From positions 1 through 28,673 of IMG/VR virus record IMGVR_UViG_3300027805_000064: a stretch of 28,673 nucleotides of DNA; one strand, 5' to 3'. Shown here piece by piece: positions 25,409-28,673 of the stretch; the first letter of the stretch is position 1; each line of letters begins with the position of its first letter. This DNA is from a virus. Its lineage: Duplodnaviria > Caudoviricetes. Made by a program: the position numbers and the translations under genes. The notes under the pieces are model-generated. The model was not told the origin of the DNA, did no database searches, and worked only from the letters and a program-made list of their open reading frames with translations.

Positions 25409-25594
25409 TTATCCGCGCTCGAACTGCTCACGCTGGTCTGCGCTGTTATGTACAGCAGTGAAGTCTTCATCGTTGCTTGTTGGCTTGCACCAGCAACTTG
25501 GCAGAAGCACATGTTCGTAGAGATCATCCACTGGCACTAGATGCTGAACAAAGTAGCCAGCATCAGATACGAAGCCTATGAGTCGCCATGCCAT
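25409..25594 (-). CDS. Hypothetical His/Cys-motif protein
   Basis: HLVPVDDLYEH...CWCKP...HNS motif, possibly metal-binding. Confidence 0.65.
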   Translation of the reverse strand: MAWRLIGFVSDAGYFVQHLVPVDDLYEHVLLPSCWCKPTSNDEDFTAVHNSADQREQFERG

Positions 25595-25596
25595 GT

Positions 25597-25815
25597 TTAT
25601 TCTCTACAGCGTTTCATCTTGGGCATATCGATAGCCATGTCGGAAGGATTTGTTCCTTCATGAGAACCGGCTCTCTGGGCCAAAGATGGGAATGGTTCTG
25701 CTCCTGTCTTACGCTTCTCATTGACGATCCTGGTGGACTGATAAGACAGCTTCCTGGACTTGTCTAGATCTCTGAAAGACAGTTGCGCTTTGTAGTTCTT
25801 ATCGAATGGGTTCAT
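25597..25815 (-). CDS. Hypothetical basic protein
   Basis: 72-aa ORF fitting the operon spacing. Confidence 0.6.
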   Translation of the reverse strand: MNPFDKNYKAQLSFRDLDKSRKLSYQSTRIVNEKRKTGAEPFPSLAQRAGSHEGTNPSDMAIDMPKMKRCRE

Positions 25816-25822
25816 GAGAGGT

Positions 25823-25856
25823 GGCCTACTTGCTAAACAGTTGATAGCTTTCGGCC
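25823..25856 (-). promoter_or_regulatory. Intergenic hairpin with loop-E-like internal loop
   Basis: GGCC-GAAA-GCUA-(9 nt)-UAGC-AAGUA-GGCC. Confidence 0.4.
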
Positions 25857-25862
25857 TTTAGA

Positions 25863-26012
25863 TCAGAAGCAGTTGGTCGTGCAGTTACCGAAATAACAGC
25901 AGGTCGTACATGTGACCATCCTTCCACCAGAGATGATCGTATGGGTAGAGCAGGATGCCCAGGCTCCAGTCGTCACCAAAGCGATAGAGATTGCGGCCAG
26001 GATCTTTTTCAT
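25863..26012 (-). CDS. 49-aa secreted cysteine-rich peptide
   Basis: Translated manually: MKKILAAISIALVTTGAWA / SCSTHTIISGGRMVTCTTCCYFGNCTTNCF; GAGGT RBS; ATGA coupling. Confidence 0.75.
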   Translation of the reverse strand: MKKILAAISIALVTTGAWASCSTHTIISGGRMVTCTTCCYFGNCTTNCF

Positions 26013-26197
26013 GCTGCCACCTCTTTCAGACTGGACTCGATTTCCTTGAGTGCTTCGATGACCTGCTTTGCTTCTTCTTTGGTCAGAAGCGCTCCCATAG
26101 AGCCGTTACCAGCATAGATCGAGAGCAGGATCTGGTTGTTCAGAGAGGACACGAAGATGTTTTCCATGCCGCCTTTTACTCGCACTTGACTTCTCAT
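26009..26197 (-). CDS. Hypothetical protein
   Basis: ATG at 26197 after GGAG; ATGA-coupled on both sides. Confidence 0.65.
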   Translation of the reverse strand: MRSQVRVKGGMENIFVSSLNNQILLSIYAGNGSMGALLTKEEAKQVIEALKEIESSLKEVAA

Positions 26198-26406
26198 GAT
26201 GATTTCTCCAGTTTGTAGTACCAATTTGAACCCCGCCTTTGGCAGGAAATGTTGAACCCGTTGTGGCGCAACTCTGAGATGATTGAATTGACCGCGCAGA
26301 CATTGGCTTGCTTGATGATGTCTAGGGTGGAGTACTCCCCACCGTAGGCCAGCACATCAGCGACCCGTTGCAGGCGGTCACTCTTTTCAATGTTTGCGTA
26401 GTTCAT
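26194..26406 (-). CDS. Putative winged helix-turn-helix protein
   Basis: ATG at 26406; STLDII...VNSIISELRHNGFNI...WYYKL pattern. Confidence 0.65.
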   Translation of the reverse strand: MNYANIEKSDRLQRVADVLAYGGEYSTLDIIKQANVCAVNSIISELRHNGFNISCQRRGSNWYYKLEKSS

Positions 26407-26407
26407 G

Positions 26408-26668
26408 TTAGAACGGGGTATCCGAGTCGATGTCATCGAACCCAGAGCTTTTCTTAGGCTTTGGAGCCTCGTCAGCCTTCTTTGGGTCATTGATGTATGC
26501 CCAGCCGTCCCATCCGCCTTCTTTGAGCGGGATAGAGTCGATCTTGAGCATGGGCCCGCTCTTTGTTTCGATGATCGAGCCGATACGAAGATAGCGCTTC
26601 TTAGTCTCGCCAGCAGCGTTCTTGTACTCGCCGACGGTGGTGTTGATTTCTTTCAGTACTTTGCTCAC
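26408..26668 (-). CDS. Single-stranded DNA-binding-like protein
   Basis: GTG start after GGAG; acidic tail GFDDIDSDTPF; lies next to the exonuclease and annealase genes. Confidence 0.7.
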   Translation of the reverse strand: MSKVLKEINTTVGEYKNAAGETKKRYLRIGSIIETKSGPMLKIDSIPLKEGGWDGWAYINDPKKADEAPKPKKSSGFDDIDSDTPF

Positions 26669-26669
26669 G

Positions 26670-27308
26670 TTATTCTCCAAGTTTAAGTTTCAATGCTGTC
26701 ACCTTCTCATCAACCTCTGCCAGGAACTTCCTGACCTCAGTTTCTGCTTCTTCTAGCCACTTGTCATCGCGGTTTACCCTAACGACAAGCAACTGAGCCT
26801 TAACAGGCATCCGTGGGTCATAGATCACATAGTCGCACCACGGTCTTTTGGCACAGGCCATCTGCCACTGCATCTGGGCGAAGTACTTGGACTCAACCGG
26901 ATTCTTGGATAGCCATGCCTCCAGAGCGGTCTTACTGTCCGGGCACTTGATCTCAACTATGCCGTCCTCTACAAGGCCATCAGGGGACGCTCCAGCCATT
27001 TCTATGGTCGGGTGAGGGATAAACCCCACCTCGGTCACCAAAACGCCTCTGTGGGCCTCGTATGCGGCTCTGGCGGCTGGCTCTTGCTCGATGCCCCATT
27101 GCATGGAAGCATTGGTGTAGGACTCGGCTTTTGTGTTGGTCAATCGCTCAAGCACGAGCTGAGTCATGTAGTTGCCCCGGTCAGCCCCATAGCCGGTCTT
27201 AGTTTTCGCTAGGACTTTGTGCAAGGAGCTGGCCGTGACTTTGCCACTTCTGGCGTTTTGCCATGCAGTAGTTCGTTGTTCAATTTTTTGGTATTCGTTT
27301 GCATCCAA
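26670..27308 (-). CDS. YqaJ / lambda-exonuclease-family recombination nuclease
   Basis: EQRT..W..AR.GKVTAS, GASPDG, EIKCP (PD-(D/E)XK), QMQWQM; probable TTG start at 27308 with GGAG 8 nt upstream. Confidence 0.9.
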   Translation of the reverse strand: MDANEYQKIEQRTTAWQNARSGKVTASSLHKVLAKTKTGYGADRGNYMTQLVLERLTNTKAESYTNASMQWGIEQEPAARAAYEAHRGVLVTEVGFIPHPTIEMAGASPDGLVEDGIVEIKCPDSKTALEAWLSKNPVESKYFAQMQWQMACAKRPWCDYVIYDPRMPVKAQLLVVRVNRDDKWLEEAETEVRKFLAEVDEKVTALKLKLGE

Positions 27309-27891
27309 TTTTTGGACTCCATATTTTGTTTCTGCGTTTATCAACCCAGCCATCAACCCATTTGATGATCGTTTGTTTTGTCACTCCAAAATCTGCTGCT
27401 GCCTTCACAAGAGATTCATAGACAACCCAATTAACAAGCCACAAGCATGAATTTTTTTTATTCAGTTGCTGTTGTGAGTGAGTTGCCCATCGACAGTTTT
27501 CTAGAAAATATCCTTGATCGTTATTTATTCGATCTATTGATTTTCCACGTGGTCTTTCTCCCATGTCTTTATAAAACTGTTCAAAAGAATTCATCCATTG
27601 ACTGCAAACAGTGATACCTCTTCCTCCATATCGTGCAAAATCTTTAGATGAAGGATTAGTGCATCTATCTTTCATTGCAACCCAGGATGAATAAGTGTCT
27701 GTGTTTCTCATCCCATGAGTCTTATTTTTTAAGGCTACTAAAGAATGAGCACATTTTTTGCAACTAGATACACGTTTATGTTTAACCCTTGTTGCTAGAT
27801 AAGTTCCTACATGGCCGCAGGAACATTGGCAAAGCCATTGAATGTGACCGTCCTTTGATTTTTCGCCAAGCACAGAGATAAATGTCAACAT
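27280..27891 (-). CDS. HNH-family homing endonuclease
   Basis: WLCQCSCG, W.AMK.RC, YGGRGITVC, SIDRINND..Y..ENCRWAT..QQ.N; C-terminal HTH/NUMOD1-like YESLVKAAADFGV. Confidence 0.88.
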   Translation of the reverse strand: MLTFISVLGEKSKDGHIQWLCQCSCGHVGTYLATRVKHKRVSSCKKCAHSLVALKNKTHGMRNTDTYSSWVAMKDRCTNPSSKDFARYGGRGITVCSQWMNSFEQFYKDMGERPRGKSIDRINNDQGYFLENCRWATHSQQQLNKKNSCLWLVNWVVYESLVKAAADFGVTKQTIIKWVDGWVDKRRNKIWSPKIGCKRIPKN

Positions 27892-27905
27892 AAAAGCCCT
27901 TTGCG

Positions 27906-27935
27906 GTACTGGTTTACATCATTATATACCAGTAC
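27906..27935. promoter_or_regulatory. Inverted repeat enclosing TATAAT upstream of the HNH gene
   Basis: Minus strand GTACTGGT-ATATAATGATGTAA-ACCAGTAC. Confidence 0.55.
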
Positions 27936-27973
27936 AGCTCGGAGAACCACTCCTGCGTGCGTTGCTCAGTCAT
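27914..27973 (-). pseudogene. Orphaned original N-terminus of the YqaJ gene (MTEQRTQEWFS-ELYWYIMM*)
   Basis: ATGA-coupled to the upstream gene; first 11 codons match the YqaJ N-terminal motif. Confidence 0.75.
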
Positions 27974-28182
27974 TGCCCCCTCGCTTTCAGCATAGCGTCG
28001 GCCATCAGATATGCGTCCCCTGCAATCTCATGTGGCGTCCAATCGCTGGACATGGAGTGAGAGCAATACGCCTGCATCGCCTTGGCCGCAAAGTAGTCGC
28101 GCATGGTCATGCTGTTGGCATAGCCTCCGTGCTTAGACAGCCATGCTTCGTAGGTGCTATCAGTGTTTTGGTTTTCAGTCAT
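27970..28182 (-). CDS. Hypothetical phage protein (MT.RDYFAAKAMQ...AY..ADAML family)
   Basis: Widespread phage motif; ATG at 28182. Confidence 0.8.
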   Translation of the reverse strand: MTENQNTDSTYEAWLSKHGGYANSMTMRDYFAAKAMQAYCSHSMSSDWTPHEIAGDAYLMADAMLKARGQ

Positions 28183-28673
28183 TCTTGGCACCTTGTGCTG
28201 CTGCCTTCAGGTTGGCTTGATGCTTTGCCCAGAACCGAGACTTGGCCGGAGATGTTGGCAGTTCCTTAAAAGCCGCAGCAAGGGCATCCATACCGCCCAT
28301 AGCAGCTTCGCGCAGGTTGGCTAGGTGTTGCCCCTCGAAAGCCTCGTCCTCTTCTTCTGTGGGCGATGGTGCGCCTTCTGGAAGATCTTCACCAGCATAG
28401 ATGTACAGGCCAAGACCGTGTAGGCTGATAGCCTTAGTCATGCAGCGCATGATGGCTGTGTTGACATTGAAGCTGTCGAGCTTGCTTACGATTTCTTTGC
28501 CAAATTTGTTTGTCGTAGTTGTACCAGCTATGGTGATAGGCTTGTTTCCGCTATCCATAACTGGCAACTGACAAACCATTGGCTTGCCAAACATGGTGAC
28601 AGTCACCCAAACCATTGCCGTACCATTGATTTCCATGTAGCACTTGTCTCCGAACATCTCCACCCGGAAGGTG
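28175..28673 (-). CDS. Sak3/DUF1071-like single-strand annealing protein (5' end outside the window)
   Basis: LPVMD..NK, NTAIMRCMTKAISLHGLGLYIYAGEDLP motifs; adjacent to exonuclease and SSB genes. Confidence 0.85.
   Translation of the reverse strand, partial: TFRVEMFGDKCYMEINGTAMVWVTVTMFGKPMVCQLPVMDSGNKPITIAGTTTTNKFGKEIVSKLDSFNVNTAIMRCMTKAISLHGLGLYIYAGEDLPEGAPSPTEEEDEAFEGQHLANLREAAMGGMDALAAAFKELPTSPAKSRFWAKHQANLKAAAQGAKND

Larger units (their letters stand above)
27255..27940 (-). mobile_element. 686-nt homing-endonuclease insertion in the 5' end of the YqaJ gene
   Basis: Removing it rejoins MTEQRTQEWFS to ARSGKVTAS in frame; segment is visibly AT-richer than its flanks; exact boundaries uncertain by a few nt. 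Confidence 0.75.

Noticed and set aside
27309-27356. ORF-track ATG start (MMAGLIN...) for YqaJ
   Set aside because: It has a weaker SD context and lies deeper in the HNH gene; TTG at 27308 has a well-spaced GGAG. Not formally excluded.
27901-28269. 122-aa + strand ORF
   Set aside because: Antisense to well-supported minus-strand genes; no motif or RBS.

Overview
This is a 28.7 kb segment of a tailed dsDNA phage with a podovirus-like gene set. The + strand (359-23021) is a continuous late operon: terminase small/large, portal, collagen-like protein, two paralogous fibre/spike + small-partner modules, three membrane proteins, scaffold, major capsid, decoration protein, small basic proteins, head-tail/tail proteins, three probable ejection proteins, holin and a GH24 endolysin. 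The - strand (28673-22962) is a convergent early/middle operon: Sak3/DUF1071-like annealase (partial), HNH endonuclease, YqaJ exonuclease, SSB-like protein and many small, translationally coupled ORFs. The most notable items are outside the ORF track. (1) A ~210-nt, densely paired candidate ncRNA has its own putative promoter divergent from terS. (2) An HNH element split the YqaJ gene and supplies a replacement RBS, start codon and N-terminus. (3) A candidate RBS-sequestering pseudoknot lies before the scaffold gene. (4) A 49-aa secreted six-cysteine peptide gene is followed by a loop-E-like hairpin. All family assignments come from recognised motifs and synteny; no searches were run.
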